Assembly: GCA_002633005.1 (NCBI GenBank)
Contig: NMRA01000157.1
Coordinates: 466,988-530,987 of the forward strand
Direction: 5' to 3'
From: Phoronis australis
Taxonomy: Eukaryota; Animalia; Phoronida
Length of the DNA stretch: 64,000 bases
The position numbers and the translations under genes are program-made. Numbering within the stretch: the first letter of the stretch is position 1; each line of letters opens with the position of its first letter. Below the pieces are notes generated by a model that was not told where the DNA came from, did not search any database, and saw nothing but the letters and a program-made list of their open reading frames with translations. Shown piece after piece: positions 1 through 12,400 of the stretch.

Positions 1-519
1 GATCGTTTCTTGGAATATTTCAGATGCGGAACAAACATCGAAATTTAGACTCCGATAACGGAAAAGACCGGCATGCGTACTAAACGTAGTGATATAGCGA
101 GAACTTTCATCCAACTCGAGTTGGTGATAACTGGAACGTAGGTCCAATTTACTAAAAATTGAGGATCCATTCAAATCCGAAATTAACTCATCAACAGTGG
201 GCATGTGGTGGCGTTGGCGTTCAATTGCCGTATTCGGCCCACGCATATCGACGCATAATCTGATGTCATCGGAGTCCTTCTTAGAAGGGGTCACAATAGG
301 TGAAATCCAAGGCGTCGGAGTGCCAACTTCTACCTTTTCAATGATGCCTTCTTTCAACAACTGGTTGAGCTCTTTTTCGACCTTCTCCCTCAAGTGAAAT
401 GGTGTACGCCGATGTCGAATCGCGATGGGCTTGACGTCAGGGTTAATGTGGAGTTTCACGTTTGAGTTTATCAACTTTCCAATCCCACTGAATAGTTCTG
501 GAAATTGGTCCTCAACACT
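1..519 (-). mobile_element. Ty3/Gypsy LTR retrotransposon pol fragment (reverse transcriptase N-terminal half), runs off the window start
   Basis: Minus-strand translation reads FPELFSGIGKL..KLHINPDVKP..RRTPFHLREKVEKELNQLLKEGIIEKVE..PWISPIVTP..IRLCVDMRGPNTAIERQRHHMPTVDEL..FSKLDLRSSYHQLELDESSRYITTFSTHAGLFRY, which are typical Gypsy RT motifs. Confidence 0.92.
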
Positions 520-2816
520 TTTTATGCGCCCACATATTTATATGCGGACGCATTATGCCGTCATCTCCGTCCGTCCGTACGAGTGGCGTCCGTCCGGCGT
601 CAAGTGACAACAACATGATTGTGTTCTTCCAGATTTTTCTCGTGTTGCTGGGTGGGATCTAGCGCACATTTGGACTTAATCTGCAGTTAATCCCGACTAC
701 ACAGTAACTTAGAAGTCTTAGGGACGCTATTTGGAAAATTTAATGGGGATTTCAGGTAATTTGTTGAGTCAAAACTGTATTTTTACTCAAAATTTCAAGT
801 TGCTCTATCGACGACAGCGAGGCAGCGACGCATCAGTCGGCAAGTTTTCATCCTGGGATTTCAGCACATTTTTAAAAAAAATATGACGCTAATCGTAATT
901 TAGCAATAGATTTTGATAGCAATACACCACAGTCTGTCATTGGATACAGATTCGTCACAGCGCGTAACTTTGATGAATCCTAGCTTCCAACTTCACCCGT
1001 TTCGGAGACCGGGTTTCAACCACCTTAGGCTACAAAAAGCGCAATCCTTCCGAAACGAATTTTTGTAAGTACCCTGGGCGCTTATTAGGGCAAATACGGT
1101 AGCCCTAATAGACGGTGACATCAACGCGTGAAACAATGATTTTTATTGACACTGGCAGCAAGTTTGTGGTGACAGACGCAAACAGCCGGGCGACTGAATT
1201 TTGGGCTGGGCGAGTAGAATTTCTGGCTCACTCTCGCAGCTGGTGAGCGGGGTTTTGAAATCTGGGTATATCTCTCATATTGCCATCGGTGTCTGGGTAT
1301 TCGGCGTCTGCACCCGTATCTCCCAAACCCCTCACAGGATCTGGATGAGATTTGGCCCATGAGAACGAATTTTGCACCTATCTGATTACCAGACTTGTAC
1401 CTTCTAATGGCAATTTTAGTTGTTTATGCTTACTTCTGTATCTTCAGAGGTCCTCAACGGATTTTCATAAAATTTGGCAGTCTATTAATGAAACGATGCT
1501 ATATTTTTGTTTTCAGATGGATTTGAAGCACTTTGCATCACCTAGTGGTCATTTTTACTGTTTTTGTCTGCCCTTCTATCAACCATGTTCTTGCTTTAAA
1601 GAGGGCAGCTAACGATGATTTTCCGATGGCTTCGACTACTGTAGCGCCTCTTAGTGGCAGTTTTGTTTGTTTTTGCGCCCATGGCTAAATTTTATTCACC
1701 GAAACACTCTACAGGATTTCTATTGAGTTTTACTGGTGTATTTATATGCAGTTGACAACATTGGTTAGCGACTTTTGGACGGATTGGACTACGGGTGTGT
1801 CCTCTAGTGGCAGTTTTAGTTTTTTATGTTTACCTCTGTGTCTTGAAAGGTCGTCAACGGATTTTCATAAAAGTTGACAGGTAGGCATCTAGTAGTGAGG
1901 TGACGCTATCCTCCGATTTTCGTTTGAATTTGAGGCCCTTTGCGCCACGTAGTGGCCATTGTTACTGTTTTTGAGTCTGTTTTTTTCGCATATACCCCTC
2001 TGCAAACGAAATGACTCTAAGGATGATTGTGGAAAGTGGTATGTATGTTCCTAATATATAGAGGAGGGCTGATGATGATTTTCCGACGACCTCGACAACT
2101 ATGGCACCTCCTAGTGGTAGTTTTTTTACGCCCATGTCTGTATCTTCTAAACCCACTGCCAGGATCTTTATTAAATTTAGCAAGTGTATTTATATGAACT
2201 TGACAACATGTGATGACAACTTTCCCTAGAATCAGACTACAAGTGTACCCCCTAGTGGCAATTTTAGTTTTTTATTTCATCTCTGTATCTTCAAAAGTGT
2301 TCTACGAATTTTCATAAAATTTGGCAGATAAGCATCTATTAGTGAGTTGACACTATCCTCCGGCTTTCGGCTCAATTTGTGGTATTTTTCACTACCTAGT
2401 GGCCATTTTTTCTGTTTTTGAGTGTTTATGTAGCGTCTGCGCCTCTGTCAACCAAACCACTCTAAGAATGGTTGTGGAAATAGTCATACATGTTCCTAGA
2501 GTGAAGAGGAAGTCTGACAGTGATTTTCCGACGACTTCATTTACTGTGGTGCTTCTAAGTAGCAGTGATGTTTTTTACATCTATAGCCTCCTAGTGGCAA
2601 TTTTATTTTTTTCGTTTTCCTTGGTTTCTCAGACATTCCTTGACTGATTTTTATGAAATTTAGTAAATGGGGTTGATGGCACATACAGCTTTCCAAAGGA
2701 TTCGACGTATTTTGTGCCATTTAGTGGCCATTTTGTGTTCCAAATAAAAACCCCCAGAAGCACGCCGTTTGCGGTGCATTTGTGGGCGCATTTCAATGTT
2801 CCGCATTTTTCTTGTT
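519..2816 (+). mobile_element. Non-autonomous Helentron/DINE-1-like (pearl-type) element with internal degenerate tandem repeats, interrupted at about 604-1300
   Basis: Starts TTTTTATGCGCCCACA followed by a (CCGT)n microsatellite. Repeated core units carry CCTCTAGTGGCAATTTT. Ends with the subterminal inverted repeat TGTGGGCGCAT then CTTGTT. The same architecture is seen at 40076-41464. Confidence 0.7.
604..1101. mobile_element. Right half of a CCGTA-terminated, TA-target MITE (Tc1/mariner-pogo-like)
   Basis: Aligns by eye with 28658-29165 of the full-length copy and ends GGGCGCTTATTAGGGCAAATACGG-TA. Confidence 0.8.
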
Positions 2817-3168
2817 AAATCAAGATGTCGTAATCAATTAAAGGCTATCTATATGAAATAAAGCGATTCCTCAAGTTTTAAAGATGATAATTTTCGCGGA
2901 GTTATAGTTAATAAATTACTGGCAGCAGCCACAATAAACAATTTTGGGTTGACGCTGTTGGATTTTCTTAGTAGCTGCCGAATCACTGTAGTATTATGGT
3001 GGCGAAGTATGTAATATTATCTAAATGCTTTTTCTCCTTTGCAGTTGCGAGACACGTTTCTTCCATCCAAGATCAGTTAATGGTTTATATCAAGATGTGT
3101 ATCTCTGATCATTTCATTTCCTGTGACATATAACATTGGCTCAGAACTGCAAGACCAGCATTTGTGTA

Positions 3169-3460
3169 ATGAGGACAATGTCATTAACGTCACCTGACCA
3201 GCAGCCAAGGAACTGGAGGATGTTTCTTGTTAGTATTTGCGATGAATTATCGCAATCAAACTTAGATAAAATGAAGTTTGTCTGTGGTGGGGATCTAACG
3301 GAATCTTCATTAGAAAAGTGCACTCGTGGCTTTGAGGTTGTGAAACTGTTGATGGAAAATGCCCTCATAAAGGAAAACAACAACACTTATCTTGTCAATC
3401 TTCTAAGGGGCATTGGTAGAACTGATCTTTCAATAAGGCTCCAAGTCGCTTATCCATCAG
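3169..3460 (+). CDS. First coding exon: death effector domain
   Basis: WRMFLVSICDELSQSNLDKMKFVC...LEKCTRGFEVVKLLMENALIKENNNTYLVNLLRGIGRTDL matches the DED pattern including RxDL. Acceptor TTTCTCCTTTGCAG ends at 3044, an in-frame TGA lies at 3124, ATG at 3169 or 3178, and the donor is CAG|GTAAGC at 3461 (phase 1). Confidence 0.9.
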
Positions 3461-6400
3461 GTAAGCCTAATGATAAATTTATAGTTCTGACATTGCAGGG
3501 GTCCAGCCTCCTGTATTTAATTTGTTATGTCGACAGTAGCCTGCCATCTGTCTGTATGTATACTATCATCAAAATAAAAAAAGAGTTGAACAGTTTCCCG
3601 GGATGGGGGATGGGGAAAATGCAGAGAATGAACGTAGGTCTTGTAGATGACGAGGTAGGTGTCTGAATGAGGTAGACTGCATTGAATTGAACAAAAGGAA
3701 ATATGGGTGACCAGGGACTCATCTAGGATTTGAAAATTGAGAGTCCAAATTCGTGAGACTGACGAGTCGTGCAAAGCGCAAATCTGAGGCGCGCAGCACT
3801 GATGGGGGGGAGGTGGGGGGATTCCCCCTACCCCTCGAGAAAAAAAATGTTACATAAATAAGGTCATTTCCTTGCATCGTATTTGCATGTCTTTTTCTTG
3901 TTCAAAGGACGGCACATAGGGAAACTAAAATTAGGAGGTTTGTTCCATTCAGGATGTGTGTATTGTCACTAGACTGCAAAAATCAAGATCTGTAAATCTT
4001 TTTAGTATGATAATCTGTGTAGAGTTGCATGTTAGACAGATAATCCACAGCATGAGTACAGGACTCAGTGTATCTTGAAGCTCTCAAAAGAGAAGTGTAT
4101 TACTTTAATGCACTTGAGAAACCATTTAAAATTATGAAAAGACAACGAAGTTGCATTCGAAAGGACAAGAAGAAATATATCCTAGAGTACATGTCTACAT
4201 TTCATTACATTGCACTGTACTGCAGTTCACGAGTCTACAAAAACGAGACCATATCCTCCACAAATTCACAACTCAGTACTACTAGTGCTCAGCACGGGCG
4301 AAAATCTGCTGGAAAATAGGAGTGACGGCGTATGTGCACTCGCGCATCAATGCAGCAAGAGCGTTCAACAAAGGAACAGCGTTATCAGAAAATCTCAAAT
4401 AACTCGAAAAGTAGACGGCCTAGCGAAAAATGGAAAACATCTGCTGAAAGCTCGTTCAAAACTCTATCTAAACTGATAGTATCGCCTTATTCCGTAAATT
4501 TTTCAAAAAAAATGAAATTTTGCGTTTTTTAAAGAAATTCAAAGTCAAATAACTCGGAAATGGTAAGTCTGTGAAAAAAATTGTTACACGCCATTTGAAA
4601 GAATATACTTCAAAGAATCCACATGCAAAAAATCACGTCTTTTTCTCTTCCCGTTTAAAATCGTACTCCAGCACGACTGAAAATGGGTAAAAAAAAGCAA
4701 CTTCCGGTTTTTTGGCTTTGTATAATAGCATGTCATAGGAAACTAATACCTGTAAAAATTCGAAGGAATTGGTCTTATAATGTGCCCTCTACAGGAGGAA
4801 ATGTTTTTAGGCCAAAATCGAGGTGCGCATGCGCGATCGCCGATATTTCCGCCATCTTTAACTGGAAGTAAATTTCTGGTATACTTGTAGCAAACTTCCG
4901 GTCCATTTACTGTGCCGATTCTTAGCCTTTTACATAAAAAATTGTAGCCTCCAGAAGCATTTGAATCTTTAAATGAAAACAAAATGGTCGCCACCGCCGC
5001 CATCTTGGATCCGATTTTGACGAAAAACAATAGGCTTCCAGTACTTCCGAAAGTACGTGTTATGTGTAAATTTCGTGGTGATCGGACGAAAATTGCAACC
5101 TGTATCGTGCAAACAAAAAAAAGAAACTTAGTGGAAGAGCAACATACTTGGCGAAATTCAACTCTTTTATGTACATGTTTCCTAAGACCACTTTTTCAAC
5201 CAATAAAGTTTCCTGCAACTTTCCTGCAAACACTTTTTCATCAATAAAGTTTCCTGCAACTTTCTCGCAAACACTTTTTCACCAATAAAGTTTCCTGCAA
5301 CTTTCCTTCAAACAGTTTTTGAATCGCCAAGTTTGCCTCAACTTTCCTGCAAACGTCAGTGTTTGCAGCAAGGTTGCGGCAATGTGTGCAGCTGAGTTGC
5401 GGGTAGTGGCAAACTCCTGCAAACATTGCGGCTGGTTTGCTGCAATCAAAATTGTTTGCTGCAAGCTTGTCGCAAACATGGTCTTTTGGTATGGGGTACA
5501 ACTACGCGCATGCTGAAAGCATGTTTGTGGAGGCCCAAATGGTTAAAGTGGACTCTGTCCAGGCGGTTAGAGGTGGTTGGGGTTACCCAGAAACCTCCCT
5601 TGTGTGTCGGAAAATAAATGTGGGGCTCGTAGGACACGAGGGATTTAAGAGACGAGTTGAAGGTGAGAACGAAAGCGTCTCCCAGTGTGTAAATGGTGAA
5701 ACGCCTGCCTGACTAGGACACAACGGACGCTATAGGCAATTAATAAAAGGGGTGAAAGAAACGAGGTGTGAGGCCAATTAAGGCATTTGGTCAATGGAGG
5801 TGGAGTGGAGGTCATTCCCGCCGATCTGGAGAAAAACGAGGTCGGGAGAGAAATGAGGGAGGGAACAGGTGGCCAGTTGGATGGATTTGGTGCCGGGGAG
5901 AAGGGTACCGTCCGAGATGTTGTGACCCGGGAAGGGCAGAAGCCGTAGTTATGGAGGTAGCGTGACTGGGGATGGTCGGACACAAAGTTGTCCAGCCAAC
6001 AAATGTAAGAACTGCCAAGGATGATCACATTGGGCGACATGATGTAGAAAGTGAGTGAAACGGAGGGCTAAAATGAAAACCGCCACTTATCTCGAAAGAG
6101 GACTATGTTAAGGACGAGAGAAGTGAATCAGAGGAACGAGAAGTGGTAGAGTGTCGCGCCCGAACGAAGTAAGGGGTAAAAGGTCAAAAAGAAAATGAAA
6201 AATGCAGGACTATAGATGTAATCACAAAAATGCCTTTTAGGGACTTCCTGTTTAGAGCTGTGGTATTTTGAGTTTTTGGAATAAAATCTTTTATGTAATA
6301 ACATAAAATAGTAAAGTTGGAAGGCATTAGATTGATATTGGCAAGGGAAATGGTTTTGGAGAACAGCCCGAGCACTGATTTGGTCACCAGGGATGTTCAC

Positions 6401-9400
6401 AGTTGTAGCCAAACGCTACTGACTGAGGTAAACTTCCCTCGATGAATAGCAGAGTACTAAGCTTGTTTTAAATGTTAAAGGAGCATGCCACCCAAAAACA
6501 ACCACAGACACGGAGATGTTTCACGGCCTCATACTTGCTATTTACAGCGTACATTTCATTCTTCACTACTATGAGCCACTTCCTAAGCATTTCGGTCTCT
6601 CGAGGAAGGAAAAAAAATCGATATTCCCGCTTTCCTCACAGCTACTTAGTTCGGACAAGCAAGAACGATGCACCGCAACATAGTGGCATTCACTCTGCAT
6701 ATGAACCACTGACGTCGCTAGCGTCGTTTCTCACCTTCCTCACAGGTTAACGCGACACCTCTTGGCAAGGTAAGGTCGACCGTATGCGAGGCGATGTGGA
6801 TATAGACTGACTATGACAGCAAAAAAGACTACCGTAATCGTTCGGGTTAACGCCCATGCTCAGTTAACCGCCCATCCCCGACTTTAAGTGGATTTTCGAA
6901 TTAACCGCCCACTGCTCGGTTAAGTGCCCCCTGCGATTTTTGAAGATTTCCAGTTAAGCGCCCACCTCTCGGTTAAGCGCCCATCCCCGACTTTTAAAGA
7001 ATGAAGATTTAGCGCCAAGTGCTATGGAAACGCGCGATTCCCCGACTTTTAGAAAAAGATCGACGATCACAATGAGTGCAACGACGTCGGGACTCCGAGA
7101 CGGTGGTTTAGCAATCTGAATTACAATACAGGTAACGAGTTATTGTCTTGGGTCATGAACTCACTTCAAAACATAATACTTGAACCTTTTTGTCACTTTA
7201 TTTTCTTCCCTTGTTTGCAAAGTTTAAGAACGCCGCCGGCGTCAAAACCTCCACTTTCAGCGACTTTATCTGCCGCGCTGAGTTTCCGTCTGCAGTGCAC
7301 TAGATAAAACATATATTCGAAAAAATCAGGCCAGAGAAATGTGACAACAGTTTTGCCAACCCTCCAAATTCTATTAAGGTGGAAAGCTCTCGTATTTTGA
7401 ACAAATCTCACAACTCACGGAAAGATGTCAAATTCTCAATATTTTGATGAATATAACTGCCGGGTTATAGAGTATGTGGGGCGACCGAAGGGACAGTACA
7501 AGTGCCTTACTGGGTTACCGATTTCGTTGCTGCCTGTCGATTTCTGAATTCAAACGTTGGCAATAATGTATGTTTGTGTATGATCTTGAAGTAATAAAAA
7601 ACGGCTAGTCAAATTTTGTTTTTCGCTTATTGCATCTCAGTCAAACTGGTTAGCAGATTTAACTAATGTCGCTGGCTGTTCTTTACTATTTCTTGCGTCA
7701 GCCCCCACGTAAGCGTGACTGTGTGAATTATCGTTTCCACATCCCCTTTTTAGCCATCCAGAATAATTTTGTTTATACATTGGCCATTTTCAGCCTGAAC
7801 AAAAATTCTTACCATTCGAGTCTGAAATATCTACGACGTAGACTGCTTGACGATAGTGGGTAGGAGATTCACACAGCTAGTTACAGGGATGGGCTTAGGG
7901 AGCATCGAGCCGGGAAATATGGCAATAGACTTGACGTCGCAGTTTTGGGGAACATTGGCAACGGAGAAATTTTGTAAAGAACTGGGTATCTCGTAACAAC
8001 AGCTTAAAAGCACATAGTCACGCCCGTTTTTGTTACTTCGAACTGTAGCTATGTGTGACTGATTCGTAGTGGTGCACGTGGGCAAGTTCCCACACTTTGG
8101 AGTGCATGTTACCTTGACACCAACATGTGATTGACAGGTGACTCACACGTAGGCCCTACATGCGTGCTGAATACCACCACTATCTTTGGCCATAAAAAAC
8201 AAGATGCATATTGAAAGAGGCCGTTATATTACGTGACGGCATTTCCAAATCACGATTGTCAGCCGACTGAGACATTGCGCGATAACAGCGGGACCGAACA
8301 GTGCCGCAGTGCGATATTACAAGTGATATAAATAGGATAATCTGGACATCTTGCATGAAAAATAAATGTTTTTCCACCACGAAGTTTGGTAAGGTGATCG
8401 TTTAGAATAATGAATTGAAACATTGCTGTTTTCTGACATTTTGTAACATATTTATGCAGTTGCTTGAAATTTTATTCTTGATCGACGACTGGCTCGACCA
8501 CCCCCGATCCTTGTCTTACTTCTTTGCATAGCATGTTTGGCGCAACGGCAAGAGAGCAATGCCGGGCTGTCGAGATAAGACAGCTAGCCGCAGAACCATA
8601 CGCTGAAAATGTCATTGAGTCACGGAGTGTCGACTATAACATCCCAAACACAAAAAAAAACAGAGTTAAGTTTTTCAAACTTTTATTACAACCAATTTTA
8701 AAACTGCTCTCTGACTCAGAACTTGACAGCTACATATAGTACGAGACTGTAACCATAAATTTGATGTCTGACCTCTGCAACACGTGAAGCTTGCACGCGC
8801 GCACTTAAGCAGGGTCACATCTTGAAACAGTTTTAATTCTAGTGGAGGCTGCGTGGTGACTGGTCGTCTGCGCACCGCAGGACGGCACGGGGCTATTACT
8901 CAGCAATTTTGTAAATTTAATAGTGAATGACTAATCTGAGGGCAAGAGAACCTTTGTTGGGATCATCCGCTGTTATGACGTTTTCACAGTCATTTGGCGA
9001 CGTGACGATAAAGCTCTTTGAAAAGGGCTACGCGTTCCGAGTATGATTGTCGTGTCGGGATTTAGATCGGCAGGTAAGATTAACCGCCCAGGGCGGTTGT
9101 CTGTCGTAATAAGCGCCCATGTTCGGTTAACCGCCCACTGCTCGGTTAACCGCCCTCTCCCGATTTTTTGGTTTCGCCAATTTAACCGCCCAGGGCATTA
9201 ACCCGAACGATTACGGTAATTAAATCGGGCGGCATTCTCCTTTAACCTCACTGGCCTTGATTTCATCATGTCTGGGAGATGAATGTTGGTGATAATTGGC
9301 GATTTGTCATAAAATCACAAAAGCAGTGGACGTTATTGTTGTATAGAACTGGTGAATGCTTTTCTTCAAAAAATCTATCCAACTGTAGACTACAAAATGC

Positions 9401-12400
9401 GTTTTTCAGATGTAAAAAGAATACAGTCCTTTTAATTCCATGTTTCAATTGATTTTGAAATTTGTAACTGGAGTCTTTCAAAGTGGCATTGAACTTGTCT
9501 AGGACTATAATATTACTCCCAGAACTTGTGCTCTCTGTCAAAAACAAGTTTTAATTGAGATTGCTTACCATTATGAATTTGGTCTTGTCTTATTCCAAAG
9601 CGCAGTTACGAATTGATCTCTGGGCTCAAGAAGAACTCAGGCCGTAAGTTATTTCTTCAGAGCCAGCACATAGATTTTCACATCATGACCTGAGGTTTCA
9701 TGAGTTTTATCCACACACCGACTCAATGCCCTAGAATAAGTCTGGGACGAATAGACTTACGGGCTGGACACTATTTAAACTTGTGAATTTCTCCCCACTT
9801 GTGACAACTTACTCCATCATCAAGGTAGGGTGACTTGTGCCACTTCTAACTCTGTGTGGTCGCAAGCATGGAGTAAGGTAGAAATAATTATCAGTTGCGG
9901 TTACATACAGATGGATTTTCATTTGCGTCCCAGCTATATTCGAATCAGCTGTTTATTCGAAGTGTCATGCATAGAGAAACAACTTCTGCATTACCCTAAT
10001 TATCGGATTTGTGTGTGTCACTTCAATTCTGGGGTATATTTAACATCTTATACAAGTTGTTCTAGGTTTGGCTGTGTCACTGGACGGGACTAAATACTCT
10101 TAAGCAACTGAACAAACTGTCGCTTCTGTCACAGCTGTGACATTGATTTCATAGTGGTAAGTGGCCTAAATCAAAACCTGTTTTTTGACAGAAAGCACGA
10201 GTTTAAAGGGGAAGGTTACTGTTTTGGTGTCATTTTTTGTTTTAAATTACAATTTTCTGGTTGTCACAGATACATTTTTATGTACTTAATTAAATATCCC
10301 AGATTCTAAACAATAATGCATGCACCACTCTCAGGATGGCACATTTGCAACCCAAATAGTTGTTACTTCATGCGTTGTTAAAGATCGTCGATGATCATTT
10401 AAATTGGTTTGACGTGTTTTGATCAAAACACCCTCCTCAGAAGTAAAAAGAGTGGCCACTTTGCTAGGCCCAACAACAAGTAATGATACACAGACACAGT
10501 CAGTTACAGGGGAATGTAACAGTAGACTTAAGACTAATGATCATCATTAGTCATAAGTCTGAGTCTTGAGTCTTAATATGATCATCAGGCAACCTGTATT
10601 GTTCCAGTTGCCTGAGACTACCCAGACCCTACGTGGGTAACTTTTAGATAACATTCACAAGCCTACATTAGGTAAGTTACCTGAAGCTGTGTAACTTACC
10701 TAAAAGTGACCTACGTGTGAATAGGTAACATTTAGGTCACAATTAGGTAAGTTTTAGGTATGTTTCAATTATTTAAATGAGCTGACCTAAACGTTACCTA
10801 ATTTTCAGGTAACATTTAGCTCACATTTAGTTATAAAAAAATAATTGCAGGCGGTCTGATACACGTTGTACCAGACGTGCGCAGGCCTCGCATGTGGGCC
10901 CATTGCACTGATTACCTGAAAATATTTTTATGCTTTATTAATATATGGTTAAAACCGAGCTGAGGAGCTAGAAACCTGGCTCAAGGGCTTAGCAGGTAAG
11001 CTTTAGGTACGTTTCAATTATTTAAATGAGGTGACCTAAATGTTACCTAAAACTTGGTTCTTCATTCGCTAGTACACAGCAAGATATGCAAACCCAACTA
11101 TCAAGTAAATTACCTGAATATGGCTTGAAATAAAGTTAAATTGGATGGTAAGCGTTTCAAGATCTAGTAACACAAAACCGTTCACTATTACAAAACACTA
11201 TAACAATTCAAATCAATCTTTGAAAAAATAAATATAGATTATTACATGGCGAAGTCGTTATCCCCCGTTATCTAGAGCCCGAGTGGATTTTGGAGAATTA
11301 TCTCCCGAGGGATGTTAGCCCCGAGGGTGATAATTCTCCAAAATCCATGAGGGCTCTAGATAACGGGGATAATGGCTGAGAACATGTAGTAATCTATTTA
11401 TACCACATGCTAAACGAGAAACATTGCAATGAATCGATTTACCTTTTCTAACTCTCCACGGCTTTGTAACTACTTTCTATGTCAGAGGTCCGGGGTCGGA
11501 GGTTGTGACCTTTTAAGAAAAGCCGGGCTATTTTTGTCAAATAATGCTTTTACTCAAAACCAATTGAAAACTTACATATAATAGATTGAATTGATAAATT
11601 AAGGTTTACCAACTATTATAGCTTAAAACACGTTTTTTTTCACGCTAAGCTTCGACCGGGAAATTATCGTCTGCTAAAGTAGGTTACCACTGGTAACTGA
11701 ATATAATTATCAAGTCAAAGATCGTGACGACACGATACCTGCATTCAAACTGGAGATCGGTGATTTACAAGTAAGGGGACATGAGAGAAAAATTACACTG
11801 AATTAAGATATCATTTTTATGGGAATTTTGTGTCTTATTTTTCGCAGCGTATAAGTACAGTACAATGCGGTTTGTTGAACATGCGATTATTGCGCATGCT
11901 CATTTAAGTATTCTATTTTCACTCTTGATGACGTCAGTCGCTGCATGGTGTAGTGGTAAAGTCGGCGACCAGCAATTCCAGGGTCCCGGGTTCGACTCCG
12001 TCCTCAGTTTCCCACCAAATCATTATCTCACTAGTGAGATAACTTTATGGGTTATTACACGGTTGTATCTGCCATTTGACACTAATATTGTGGTATAAGG
12101 TGTATTGTTCAACTCTTCAAGAGATAAAAACAGTTTACAATCTTCATTCAACAATCTGACATGCAAGAGTAAAATAAAATCATAGACAACTGAACATTGC
12201 AAAACCTTACATGTAAATTTGCACAAGGATTATTATACAGCTAAAAGAAAAACAAAAATTGTCTCAGATGCTTGTTTGACAGTTGTTTCATCATTGAAAT
12301 GTGGCAGACTTTGTAAACATTTGAAGAATCACTTAAATGCTGACTGACCGTCTTTTGTAACAAATGCAGGCTTAGCCTTGTAAATAAACTACTAAAAAAC

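Noticed and set aside
3136-3666. 176-aa single-exon ORF as a standalone DED protein
   Set aside because: The TTG start is not a normal eukaryotic start, domain similarity stops at a strong donor (CAG|GTAAGC, 3461), and the rest reads as intron.
9601-10156. Two AG..GTAAGT-bounded segments (9601-9643, 10066-10156) as extra RLR exons or a DED-only isoform
   Set aside because: Both lie inside the 9517-10212 MITE. The first shifts phase and the second introduces an early stop, and there is no protein similarity.
11939-12008. Functional tRNA gene
   Set aside because: A and B boxes are good, but the acceptor, anticodon and T stems do not pair properly and U33 is absent.
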